Positions 10,823 through 20,126 of a stretch of DNA of 64,000 bases are shown in pieces; the first letter of the stretch is position 1; each line of letters starts with the position of its first letter. The notes under the pieces are model-generated. The model worked only from the letters and a program-made list of their open reading frames with translations. It was not told the origin of the DNA and made no database searches. The DNA comes from a virus: positions 32,001-96,000 of the IMG/VR virus record IMGVR_UViG_3300008267_000003. One strand, given 5' to 3'. The translations under genes and the position numbers were made by a program.

Positions 10823-11516
10823 TTCGTTGAATTATACTTACAACTTTGATGTAGAATCAGCTTACATTATCACTCTACCCGGTAACCAAGTATCTCAAGA
10901 TCTCTCAAGAAGATGTCAACTATCCTGTATTGAGATACAACAGCCGTTTAAAGTATGGGATGCCTTTGATGGAACATCTCACCAGCACATAGTATATCCA
11001 AAGCATGCTATTGATAAGCCACAGTATAAATGGCTTAAGCAGATGAATGATAAGCTGAAGATGACAGAGGTGGCTGCTATTCTTAGTCATTTTTCACTGT
11101 GGTGTCACTGTGTTGAGGTGGACCAACCAATTGTTATACTTGAGCATGATGCTGTTATGGTCAACCCCTATTTGAGGCATAATGGGTTCAATCAAATAAA
11201 CTATCTTGGTAATTATGAGCAATGGATTGCTCAAGAGTATCCTGACTTCCCTCCACATGCAGCAGCTACAGATAATAATAGATTTATATGTAGAGCGCAT
11301 GCATATGCTATAGATCCCTATATTGCTAGACAGCTTGTGTCTCATGTTATTCGTTTTGGCTTATCAGCTCCAGCAGATATGATAATTCGTGTTGATCTTT
11401 TTAACATTGTTCAAACCGGTTTTTATGCTTATGATCTTCCGGGTGAAACTACTATTACTGGTCGAGATGAAGAGTGGCAAAGACACTCTCGAGAAATCTT
11501 TAGTACTTTCTTATGA
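10812..11516 (+). CDS. Glycosyltransferase family 25-like
   Basis: 'AYIITL', 'AFDG', 'LSHFSLW', 'VILEHDA', 'AHAYAI' motifs. Confidence 0.75.
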   Translation: MHLDSLNYTYNFDVESAYIITLPGNQVSQDLSRRCQLSCIEIQQPFKVWDAFDGTSHQHIVYPKHAIDKPQYKWLKQMNDKLKMTEVAAILSHFSLWCHCVEVDQPIVILEHDAVMVNPYLRHNGFNQINYLGNYEQWIAQEYPDFPPHAAATDNNRFICRAHAYAIDPYIARQLVSHVIRFGLSAPADMIIRVDLFNIVQTGFYAYDLPGETTITGRDEEWQRHSREIFSTFL

Positions 11517-12325
11517 TTAATATCCATTATGCTATCCAAACATGTACTACTAAAAGTAATCAGAATCAAAAAAGGTTTTGCTCTGATGACAGGGCTGAAA
11601 TAACCAAGAAGTGTGTAACTTCATTTTTTGAATCCGTACAATACTGTGTTAGTATGCAAGGTGATCTGGTACATCACATTAAAATAATTGACGATTCATC
11701 AGATGCTGAAACGTTAAGATATCTTAAGGCGTTGTGTAATAGGTTTAATAGCGATAACATTAAAGCTGATATAGTGTCAACAAGTTTTGAAGGGTTGATG
11801 GATTCTATAAGAGCGTGTTATGAATACCTTAGAGATCAGGGTGATAATCTTGTGTTTCAAGTGCAGGATGATTATATGTTTACTAAGTCAGCTGTTTATG
11901 AAATGGTTGATTTATTCTACCAGTTATATGCTGATAAGGACACACAATCAATAATTAGTGGGTACAACTGTCCAGGGTGGTATATTGGAGAAAACAAATA
12001 CAGCCAGGAGCCTATTGTTATGGTACCAGGAATGTCAAGATATTGGAGACAAATATTCAACACATCATGCTCTTTTTTGACGTCTATAAATATACTTAAA
12101 GATAACTGGGATTTGATAGAAAGATTTTTAAACCTCCACCCTCTCAACTCTATGTTGGAAGCAGACTCGCTTAACTACATGCTGGTCAGACGAGGTATTG
12201 CCGGCTTTTGCCCCATCAACTCCGTCACTTTTCATATGCAAAGTGATTATGAAAAAGATCCTTACATTGACTGGAAACCCGTGTGGGAATCAATTGACTT
12301 AACTTGGTATGAAAACACCCTTTGA
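11513..12325 (+). CDS. Putative glycosyltransferase (GT2-like)
   Basis: 'IIDDSS' and 'FQVQDDY' motifs. Confidence 0.6.
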   Translation: MINIHYAIQTCTTKSNQNQKRFCSDDRAEITKKCVTSFFESVQYCVSMQGDLVHHIKIIDDSSDAETLRYLKALCNRFNSDNIKADIVSTSFEGLMDSIRACYEYLRDQGDNLVFQVQDDYMFTKSAVYEMVDLFYQLYADKDTQSIISGYNCPGWYIGENKYSQEPIVMVPGMSRYWRQIFNTSCSFLTSINILKDNWDLIERFLNLHPLNSMLEADSLNYMLVRRGIAGFCPINSVTFHMQSDYEKDPYIDWKPVWESIDLTWYENTL

Positions 12326-13658
12326 AATAACTCTAGATATATTGCTTAAACATGGTGAGAGAAAAGCTGCTATTGAAATGATAGACGCTCTTGCTAGACA
12401 TTCACATGGACTTGATCAATATGATCAAGTAGCTTACCTATATCAACAAGCAAAGTTACCACTTAAAGCAATAGAATATTGTGAGAAAGCATTAAAAAAT
12501 GCTTCTTCTCTTGATCAGACTATATCAATAAAATCCAATCTTGTTGATTTATATAACAGTGCTAACTACCCAGAAAAAGCACTTCAGCTAATTAAACAGC
12601 TTGAAATTGCAAATCCCCGGGATACAAGTTACAACGTGGTAAAGTCATTCAGTTATTTTCTACTAAACCACAAAGATGAAGCTGAAGATATTATCAGACA
12701 GGAGCTTGATAACCACTCACTCAGCGATGAAAAAAGAATAAGATTGAATTTTAATCTAGGAGCATATGAGCTGCTTAAAGATAACTTTCAATCAGGTCTC
12801 CGTAGATTCTTGTTCGAAGGACGGAAACTCAATCTTTGGAATAAACCCCAACTTCCATTTAAGTTCTGGGAAGGTGAAATACAACCAGGTAAAGAAATTA
12901 TATTACTAGCAGAGGCAGGTATCGGAGATGAATTCATCAATATTAGATTCATGAAGCATCTTGAGAAACTTGGAATGAAACCTGTATGGTTCTCTACAAA
13001 CAAAGATACAGTAGATATATTTAACAGATGTGGATATAGGAGTGTAGCATCAATCAATCCGGAAGATTTTGATAAAGATACATTATGGACCCACTCAATG
13101 GATGTACCAATATTTCTTAATCTTCAATACGAAGATTTATGGGACGGGCCATATATCAGTGCACAACCAAACCTAGCTGACCACTTGATCAGAGATAATG
13201 GAGAGTTCAAAATAGGTATAAGGTGGCAAGGTAATCCGGAGTACGATCATGATCTTCACAGATCAGTACCGTTAAAAGACTTTTATGATGTTCTTCAGAA
13301 TACTAACGCAGATCTATATTCACTACAGAGAGATGTTGGACTTGAAGAACTTGAACAATTTCCCGATATAGTGGATCTATCGTCTGAACTTAATAACTTT
13401 GAAACAACTCTTAGTGTAATATCAAAACTAGATCTTATTATAACATCATGCACATCTATAGCCCACGCAGCTGCAGCCATGGGTAAAAAAGTTGTTGTAT
13501 TCACTCCAATTTCAAGCTACTATGTCTGGTGCCATTCTAGTAGCCAAAGTCCGTGGTACGGCGATAATGTTAAGCTCATACGTCAAACAAAACCTAGAGT
13601 GTGGGACATCCCAAAGAAAGAACTTGAACAATATTTGAAAGAACAAGGTATTTTATGA
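12309..13658 (+). CDS. TPR + GT9-like glycosyltransferase
   Basis: N-terminal helical TPR-like repeats; 'AEAGIGDE', 'IGIRWQGNP', 'LDLIITSCTSIAHAAAAMGK'. Confidence 0.8.
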   Translation: MKTPFEITLDILLKHGERKAAIEMIDALARHSHGLDQYDQVAYLYQQAKLPLKAIEYCEKALKNASSLDQTISIKSNLVDLYNSANYPEKALQLIKQLEIANPRDTSYNVVKSFSYFLLNHKDEAEDIIRQELDNHSLSDEKRIRLNFNLGAYELLKDNFQSGLRRFLFEGRKLNLWNKPQLPFKFWEGEIQPGKEIILLAEAGIGDEFINIRFMKHLEKLGMKPVWFSTNKDTVDIFNRCGYRSVASINPEDFDKDTLWTHSMDVPIFLNLQYEDLWDGPYISAQPNLADHLIRDNGEFKIGIRWQGNPEYDHDLHRSVPLKDFYDVLQNTNADLYSLQRDVGLEELEQFPDIVDLSSELNNFETTLSVISKLDLIITSCTSIAHAAAAMGKKVVVFTPISSYYVWCHSSSQSPWYGDNVKLIRQTKPRVWDIPKKELEQYLKEQGIL

Positions 13659-14308
13659 ATTCATTAAGGTTTATATTTGATAATATGATAACACTTCGCT
13701 CTGATAAATGGGATCCCTATTTTGAAGTGTATGAGACATACTTCTCTAAATTTCGAAATAAGAGTCCAGTCATGGTGGAAGTTGGAGTATGTGGTGGTGG
13801 TTCTCTTGAAATGTGGAAACATTACTTTGGAGAAGGCTCTACCATAGTTGGTGTTGATAATGATCCAAACACCCTCAATATTGATATTCCGGGCGTTAAC
13901 ATAGAAATAGGTGATCAAGCTAATCCCGAGTTTTGGGATTACTTTAATGATAAGGTCGAGACAATCGATTGCTTCCTTGATGATGGTGGTCATCATATGG
14001 ATCAACAAATAACAACCTTTACGAAGGTGTGGCCTAAGATATCAGAGGGAGGTGTGTATATCTGCGAAGATACTCACACCAGCTATTGGGCTGATTGTGG
14101 TGGTGGTTTACACCAACCCTTTACTTTTATGGAGTTCTCAAAACATATATGCGATATGATTAATGTTGAGCACATCCCGGATAGAACTCCTCCAAAGGAG
14201 TTGTTTGAACTTACAGCAGATGTTGGCTCAATCCATTTTTATAACAGCATGGTTGTCTTTATCAAAGGAAAACCTGCATTTACCAGATCGATCGTGAATA
14301 ATAAATGA
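13655..14308 (+). CDS. Class I SAM-dependent (sugar O-)methyltransferase
   Basis: 'VEVGVCGGGSLEMW', 'GDQ', 'LDDGGH', 'GGVYICED'. Confidence 0.8.
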   Translation: MNSLRFIFDNMITLRSDKWDPYFEVYETYFSKFRNKSPVMVEVGVCGGGSLEMWKHYFGEGSTIVGVDNDPNTLNIDIPGVNIEIGDQANPEFWDYFNDKVETIDCFLDDGGHHMDQQITTFTKVWPKISEGGVYICEDTHTSYWADCGGGLHQPFTFMEFSKHICDMINVEHIPDRTPPKELFELTADVGSIHFYNSMVVFIKGKPAFTRSIVNNK

Positions 14309-15318
14309 ATACAACATTCATGTTAAGCGGTGGGGCAGGAAGAGTTATATGTGCCATTCCTGCACTTGAAAAATTTGCTATTAATAATCCTGATGATGAT
14401 TTTAAAATAATTGTTCATGGATGGGATTTCCTTTTCTGGGGTAATCCAATACTACAAAATAGAACATTTGGAATGGGTCATAAAGGAATGTTTGAACAGC
14501 TAATTAAAAACAACAGACTTGTTGTTCCGGAGCCTTATCAACACTGGTCTTATTATAATCAGAAAAAGTCGATGGCTGAGTGTTTTGATGAGGAGATTAA
14601 TAACACCGATGACCATACTGATTTGCTATCACCTCGACTCTTTACAAAAAAGAGCGAGCGTAATTTTATAACATCTATCTTCACTAAAGCTAAACTTGAC
14701 AAGTCTAAAAACAAAGTGGTTGTGTTTCAACCATACGGAAGTACTATGAGTTTGGTAGGTGGAAGATCAGTTGATCAGTCAAATAGAAGTATAGATCCAG
14801 ATCATGCACTCTATATTGCACAGCAGCTATCAAAGCATGCTATTGTTGTTTATTTTGGTGAAGAGCAATTTATACATCCTAATGACAATATTATGCTGAA
14901 TATACATCCTATGAAGCCAGACCTTAGGATGTTTATGACAGCTGTTCAGATGGCTGATTATTTTGTTGGATGTGATTCAGTAGGCCAGCATATGGCAAGA
15001 GCGTTTAATAAACCAGGTACAATTGTAATGGGATCAACTTTTGAAATAAATGTATCATATCCCGGTCATTTTAAGTTTTATAGAAATAATATCCGACCTG
15101 TATACAATCCAATAAGGGTCGGTGGTATTGATTGTGATCTTACCGATATGATGAATGACAGTGTAATGGATTTTACCAAAGAAGAGTTGGATTCACTCTG
15201 TAATCAGATAGTTAACGATATTGCTCCTGCCAAACAATCAAATGTTTCTCAGGTGTCACGCCCTATCAACAAGTTTGTAAAAGTCAGTTCTGAAAATAAA
15301 GATGAAAGTATTTGTTAA
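14305..15318 (+). CDS. GT9-like (heptosyltransferase-like) glycosyltransferase
   Basis: 'GGAGRVICAIPAL' and 'ADYFVGCDSVGQHMARAFNKP'. Confidence 0.7.
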   Translation: MNTTFMLSGGAGRVICAIPALEKFAINNPDDDFKIIVHGWDFLFWGNPILQNRTFGMGHKGMFEQLIKNNRLVVPEPYQHWSYYNQKKSMAECFDEEINNTDDHTDLLSPRLFTKKSERNFITSIFTKAKLDKSKNKVVVFQPYGSTMSLVGGRSVDQSNRSIDPDHALYIAQQLSKHAIVVYFGEEQFIHPNDNIMLNIHPMKPDLRMFMTAVQMADYFVGCDSVGQHMARAFNKPGTIVMGSTFEINVSYPGHFKFYRNNIRPVYNPIRVGGIDCDLTDMMNDSVMDFTKEELDSLCNQIVNDIAPAKQSNVSQVSRPINKFVKVSSENKDESIC

Positions 15319-15691
15319 CGGTACTTTTGACATACTTCACGTCGGGCACATACAGCTACTTTATTACGCTAAAAGCCTTGGTGATAGGTTGATTGTTGGT
15401 ATTGACTCCGATGAAAGAGTCAAGAGTCTCAAAGGAGAGAGTAGACCTATCAACAATGAATATGAGAGATTTATGCTTTTATCAGCTCTTAAACCAGTAA
15501 ATGGGGTTATTATATTTGATACGGATCAAGAACTAGAAGAGTTGATTCAGGATTGTGATATAATGGTCAAGGGCAGTGATTATATAAACAAGCCAATCAT
15601 TGGTGATACTCTTTGTAAACGTTTAGTTTTTTTTGACATAATAGATGGATACTCAACTACCAAAAAAATTCAACATACTAGTAGTCGGTGA
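15302..15691 (+). CDS. hldC: D-glycero-beta-D-manno-heptose 1-phosphate adenylyltransferase (HldE/RfaE domain II)
   Basis: 'NGTFDILHVGH', 'VGIDSD', 'LKGESRPIN', 'VKGSDY', 'GYSTT'. Confidence 0.85.
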   Translation: MKVFVNGTFDILHVGHIQLLYYAKSLGDRLIVGIDSDERVKSLKGESRPINNEYERFMLLSALKPVNGVIIFDTDQELEELIQDCDIMVKGSDYINKPIIGDTLCKRLVFFDIIDGYSTTKKIQHTSSR

Positions 15692-16394
15692 TACTTGCAC
15701 AGATGTGTATCAGTATGGTCGTACAACTAAACTTAGTCCTGAAGCCCCTGTTCCAATTTTTGTCAAAGAATATGAGGAAACCAAGGAGGGGATGGCTTCC
15801 AATGTCCAAAATAATCTTCTAGCTCTTGGATGTAATGTCCAACTCATTGCTGGCAATAACAGGTCAATCAAAACTAGGTTAATTGATTCCAAATCAAATC
15901 AACATCTCCTCAGAATAGATCAGGATCAAGAATCAGATCCAGTACCCTACATACCTGGTTTTTATTATGATGCCATAGTTTTTTCCGACTACAACAAAGG
16001 TACTTGTACGTATGAGCTGATAGAAGACACTATTAGACGCTTCAAGGGTCCTGTTTTTGTAGACACAAAAAAGACCGATCTCCAAAGATTTAAAGATGCC
16101 ATAATTAAAATAAACAGCAGAGAGTATCTGGAATCTGAAGGTGGCCACAACGTATCTAATCTAATAGTAACATATGGAAAGCAAGGAGCAATGTGGAAAG
16201 ACAAATACTTCCCAGCGCCCAGTGTAGAAGTATCGGATGTGTGTGGTGCTGGTGATACCTTCCTAGCAGCGCTTGTATACAAATACCTTGATAGTAATGA
16301 TCTAAATGCAGCTATTTCATTCGCTATTAAATCTGCTGCTATTACAGTACAGCATATGGGTGTATACTCTCCAGCAATAGAGGATATAGAATGA
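15645..16394 (+). CDS. hldA: D-glycero-beta-D-manno-heptose 7-phosphate kinase (HldE/RfaE domain I, PfkB family)
   Basis: 'VVGD...LSPEAPVP', 'SDYNKG', 'DVCGAGDTF'. Confidence 0.85.
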   Translation: MDTQLPKKFNILVVGDTCTDVYQYGRTTKLSPEAPVPIFVKEYEETKEGMASNVQNNLLALGCNVQLIAGNNRSIKTRLIDSKSNQHLLRIDQDQESDPVPYIPGFYYDAIVFSDYNKGTCTYELIEDTIRRFKGPVFVDTKKTDLQRFKDAIIKINSREYLESEGGHNVSNLIVTYGKQGAMWKDKYFPAPSVEVSDVCGAGDTFLAALVYKYLDSNDLNAAISFAIKSAAITVQHMGVYSPAIEDIE

Positions 16395-17170
16395 AAATAC
16401 TTGTAACCGGATATCAGGGTTTCATAGGTAAAAATATCACTGGTAGTCTTATTGCTGATGGTCACGACCTTAGCTATTTTGAATGGGGTGATGACCTTCC
16501 AACCATCAAAGGGTTGGACTGGGTAATACATCTTGGAGCTATCACCTCAACAACAGAAAGAAACATAGATCTAGTGATGACTCAGAACTATGACTTCTCT
16601 TGCTGGTTACTTGATTTGTGTGTATATCACAGGGTCAATATTCAATATGCAAGTTCAGCATCAGTGTATGGACTAGGATCTTCTTTTAAAGAAACCAGTA
16701 TGGTTGACCCAAAAACACCTTATGCTTGGTCTAAATACATGGTTGAAAGATATGCAGCTAAATATATCAAAACTAATCCCGCTTGCATGATACAAGGATT
16801 TAGGTATTTCAATGTATATGGCCCACACGAGGATCATAAACACGATCAAGCTAGCCCTTACCATAAGTTTAAGCTACAGGCTGATCGACAAGGGCATGTT
16901 ACAGTTTTTGAGGATAGTGAAAAATACCAACGAGATTTTATTCATGTTGACGAAGTGATAAATATACATAAACGATTTTTTAACATAAAGAAAAGTGGTT
17001 TGTGGAATGTTGGTACCGGTGAGCCAAAAAGCTTTATGGATGTAGCTAGAACATTTACTAGAAACATAAAAACTATTCCGATGCCAGAAAATCTTAAGGA
17101 TAGCTACCAGAAGTATACTTGCGCTGATCTTACGCGACTGAAATACTCTCTAACACAAGAACAAAAATAA
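16391..17170 (+). CDS. hldD: ADP-L-glycero-D-manno-heptose 6-epimerase
   Basis: 'VTGYQGFIG', 'HLGAITSTTE', 'YASSASVYG', YxxxK, 'RYFNVYGPHEDHK', 'RDFIHV'. Confidence 0.85.
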   Translation: MKILVTGYQGFIGKNITGSLIADGHDLSYFEWGDDLPTIKGLDWVIHLGAITSTTERNIDLVMTQNYDFSCWLLDLCVYHRVNIQYASSASVYGLGSSFKETSMVDPKTPYAWSKYMVERYAAKYIKTNPACMIQGFRYFNVYGPHEDHKHDQASPYHKFKLQADRQGHVTVFEDSEKYQRDFIHVDEVINIHKRFFNIKKSGLWNVGTGEPKSFMDVARTFTRNIKTIPMPENLKDSYQKYTCADLTRLKYSLTQEQK

Positions 17171-17178
17171 CATAAATA
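17171..17178 (+). promoter_or_regulatory. T4-type late promoter (CATAAATA)
   Basis: Variant of the TATAAATA gp55 motif in the intergenic region before structural genes. Confidence 0.5.
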
Positions 17179-17200
17179 TATATAAACAAAGGTTACTTAA

Positions 17201-17530
17201 ATGGCAACAAAAGCAAACATCGTCATAGATCAGGGTACTACGTTTAGTACCACTATAAATCTAACGGATGATGATGATGCTCCAATTAACTTAACTGGGT
17301 ATCTTGGTCGCTCTAAGATGAAAAAGCACTACTCATCATCCAACTCACACACCTTTACAGTGAGTCTTGGTGGGACTACTGGTGTTCTTACACTATCTCT
17401 TTCTGCTACCCAGACTTCAAATATTGTTCCTGGAAGATATGTTTACGATGTTGAATTGGTTGATCCCTCTAATGTTGTTTCAAGAATTGTTGAAGGTATA
17501 GTAACTGTAACACCAGAGGTCACTACATAA
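17201..17530 (+). CDS. Small virion structural protein (T4-like phage family)
   Basis: 'ANIVIDQGTTF...GRYVYDVE...RIVEGIVTVTPEVT'. Confidence 0.7.
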   Translation: MATKANIVIDQGTTFSTTINLTDDDDAPINLTGYLGRSKMKKHYSSSNSHTFTVSLGGTTGVLTLSLSATQTSNIVPGRYVYDVELVDPSNVVSRIVEGIVTVTPEVTT

Positions 17531-17778
17531 TGGCAAATATTAAGGTAAAATTTGGAGCAAGCAATCAATTACAATCTACATCTCCACTTACTCTTAAAAA
17601 CACAACAGGTGCTGTGTCAGCTAGTAGGTTGGACTCTCTTGTTGACGTAGAAGAAATTGATCCCCAAGACGGTGCATTTCTTGTTTACCGTGCTTCAGAT
17701 GATAAATATGTTGTATCCAGTAACATTTCATTTAGTTTAGAAAACTCAACAGGCGCTCTTGATGGTGGATCTTTTTAG
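17530..17778 (+). CDS. Small virion protein
   Basis: 82 aa ending 'LDGGSF', the same C-terminal motif as the next fibre gene (LDGGTF). Confidence 0.6.
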   Translation: MANIKVKFGASNQLQSTSPLTLKNTTGAVSASRLDSLVDVEEIDPQDGAFLVYRASDDKYVVSSNISFSLENSTGALDGGSF

Positions 17779-17804
17779 TATTGCCTGAACAATAAGGTAA
17801 AAAA

Positions 17805-19874
17805 ATGGCAAACAATTTAATTCAAATCAAAAGGTCGCTCACTACCGCTCAGCCAGGGTCACTGGCTAATGGTGAATTAGCCTATACCGCTAATGGTGAT
17901 GTATTATATGTTGGTAGTAACGGCTCTATCGTAGCTATTGGTGGTGCGAGAAATCCTGGTGTTTTAACAGCCAATCAAGCACTGGTTGCAAACTCAACCA
18001 GCTGGATGGATTCCGTAAAAGCAGCCAATCTAGTAACCCAAAAAGTATATGCTAACGGTGAGTTTGGTACTGCCGGTTATGTTCTCGCATCCGGTGGCAC
18101 AGGAAGCAATGCGTACTGGGTATCAACAGGCACACTTGCTACATCTCCCGGTGGTACGAACACTCAAGTTCAGTTTAATGATAGTGGAGTTCTAGCAGCT
18201 TCTGCTGGATTCACTTTCAATAAAGATTCGAACACACTTAACGTTTCCAACACTGTTACGGTTGGTGCTAATGTATCTCTTTCAACCAGCGCTCTCTCCA
18301 TCGGAAACAGCACTGTTAACACTGCTGTAAATTCTAGCTCTGTTACAACTGGCACAATCACTGCAACAACTGCTGCACTTACAAACGCAGCAATCACTAA
18401 AGTTTATGCTAACGGTGCTCATGGTACAGATGGTCAGCTATTGTACTCGAACTCAACAGGCGGACTCTACTGGGGTAATGTATCTTCAACTGTCAATGAT
18501 CTTGATGATCTATCAGATGTTGCTGTTGCGACACCTTCAGCTGGTCAAATTCTCGTTTCTAATTCTACCGGTGTCTTTAGAAACGTAAGTCTATCTGGGG
18601 ATGTAACAATTAATGCTGATGGTGTAGTGTCTATTGCAGCAGATGCAATTACTCTTGGTACAGATACCTCTGGTAACTACGTTGCTACAATCACAGCAGG
18701 CAATGGTCTTTCTGGTAATGCCACTACAGAGGGTTCAACACCAACAATAGCTGTTGTTGCTGGTAATGGTATCGCTTCTAACGCTACCGGTGTACACGTT
18801 GTAGCTGGTACCGGTGTTACATCTAACGCTACTGGTGTTCATATTGGGCAGGCTGTTGGAACTACAGATAATGTAACATTTAACGATGTTACTATTAACG
18901 GTAATACTATTCTTGGTAGTGCATCATCTGATGTAGTATCATTTACAGGCCATGTTAACACTGCAATTGTTCCTTCAGCTAATGTAACTTACGATTTAGG
19001 TACAACAGCATTACGTTGGAAAGACTTGTATTTGGCAGGTAGTACTATCTACTTGGGAGCAGCTTCTATTACTGAGAGTGGTGGTACTATTTCCACAGGT
19101 AATACTTCTGCCGCAGATTTTAGCGTCACAGGAAACACAACTCTAGGTTCGAATACATCAGATGTAGTTTCGTTCAATGCAGTTGTAAATTCAAACATTA
19201 TGCCTGCTGCCAATGCTACCTATAGCTTTGGTAACAACACTGTAAGATGGTTTGAGTTACATGCTGCTAATGTACATTCAGAGTATGGTTATTTTGACAA
19301 GGATGTTTCGATCAGTGGTAACCTATCTATCACTGGTACATTAACTACTGTTAACGCTAACAACCTAACAGTAACCGACTCGTTAATTCAGCTAGCTGCT
19401 AATAATACAACTAGTGATACTCTAGATATTGGTTTGTATGGAAATTATCAAACAGGTGGTGGTGATCATGAACACACCGGTTTGTTCCGTGATGCGACAG
19501 ATGGTAAGTGGAAACTTTTCAAAGATTTAACAGCAGCTCCAACCACTACTGTAGACACATCAAATACCACGTACACAACAGCTACTCTTGTTGCTTACCT
19601 TGAGTCGGGTGGATTACAGACTAACAGCTCAGCTGTTGCTATTTCTTCCAACTCAACTGTTTCTGTAAGTATTACTGCTAACAGTATTACTCTTGGAACT
19701 GCTCTTGCAGGTACTAGTGGTGGTACAGGATTGTCAAGCTATACTGCAGAAGATATTCTAGTTGCTAATTCCTCAAATGGATTTAGAAAACTAGGTCTTG
19801 GTACAGATGGATATGTCCTGCAGTCTAACGGTACAGCTCTTGTTTATGGTACACTTGATGGAGGCACATTCTAA
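17805..19874 (+). CDS. Tail fibre protein
   Basis: N-terminal 'IQIKRS...LANGELAY' fibre module; S/T/N/G-rich; ends LDGGTF. Confidence 0.75.
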   Translation: MANNLIQIKRSLTTAQPGSLANGELAYTANGDVLYVGSNGSIVAIGGARNPGVLTANQALVANSTSWMDSVKAANLVTQKVYANGEFGTAGYVLASGGTGSNAYWVSTGTLATSPGGTNTQVQFNDSGVLAASAGFTFNKDSNTLNVSNTVTVGANVSLSTSALSIGNSTVNTAVNSSSVTTGTITATTAALTNAAITKVYANGAHGTDGQLLYSNSTGGLYWGNVSSTVNDLDDLSDVAVATPSAGQILVSNSTGVFRNVSLSGDVTINADGVVSIAADAITLGTDTSGNYVATITAGNGLSGNATTEGSTPTIAVVAGNGIASNATGVHVVAGTGVTSNATGVHIGQAVGTTDNVTFNDVTINGNTILGSASSDVVSFTGHVNTAIVPSANVTYDLGTTALRWKDLYLAGSTIYLGAASITESGGTISTGNTSAADFSVTGNTTLGSNTSDVVSFNAVVNSNIMPAANATYSFGNNTVRWFELHAANVHSEYGYFDKDVSISGNLSITGTLTTVNANNLTVTDSLIQLAANNTTSDTLDIGLYGNYQTGGGDHEHTGLFRDATDGKWKLFKDLTAAPTTTVDTSNTTYTTATLVAYLESGGLQTNSSAVAISSNSTVSVSITANSITLGTALAGTSGGTGLSSYTAEDILVANSSNGFRKLGLGTDGYVLQSNGTALVYGTLDGGTF

Positions 19875-20087
19875 GTGGAAATTGAATTCGTTAATGCTTA
19901 TATTGCAAAACAAAAATCCTGGATTGAAGATTTAGTAGCAAAAAACATAATTTTAGAAACAAGGTTACAGCTAGCTGAGGCAAAGAGTGCTCAGCTAGCT
20001 GAGCTTTTATCTGAATCTAACTCTCAAATAGATAAGCTAAATACTAGAACAAAGAAGAAATCAGAAACTCCTGATTCGACGTTCTAA
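19875..20087 (+). CDS. Small coiled-coil protein
   Basis: 70 aa, GTG start abutting the upstream stop. Confidence 0.6.
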   Translation: MEIEFVNAYIAKQKSWIEDLVAKNIILETRLQLAEAKSAQLAELLSESNSQIDKLNTRTKKKSETPDSTF

Positions 20088-20126
20088 TTCAAAACATAGC
20101 CCTAGATAGGGTTTTTGAGGGGCCAT

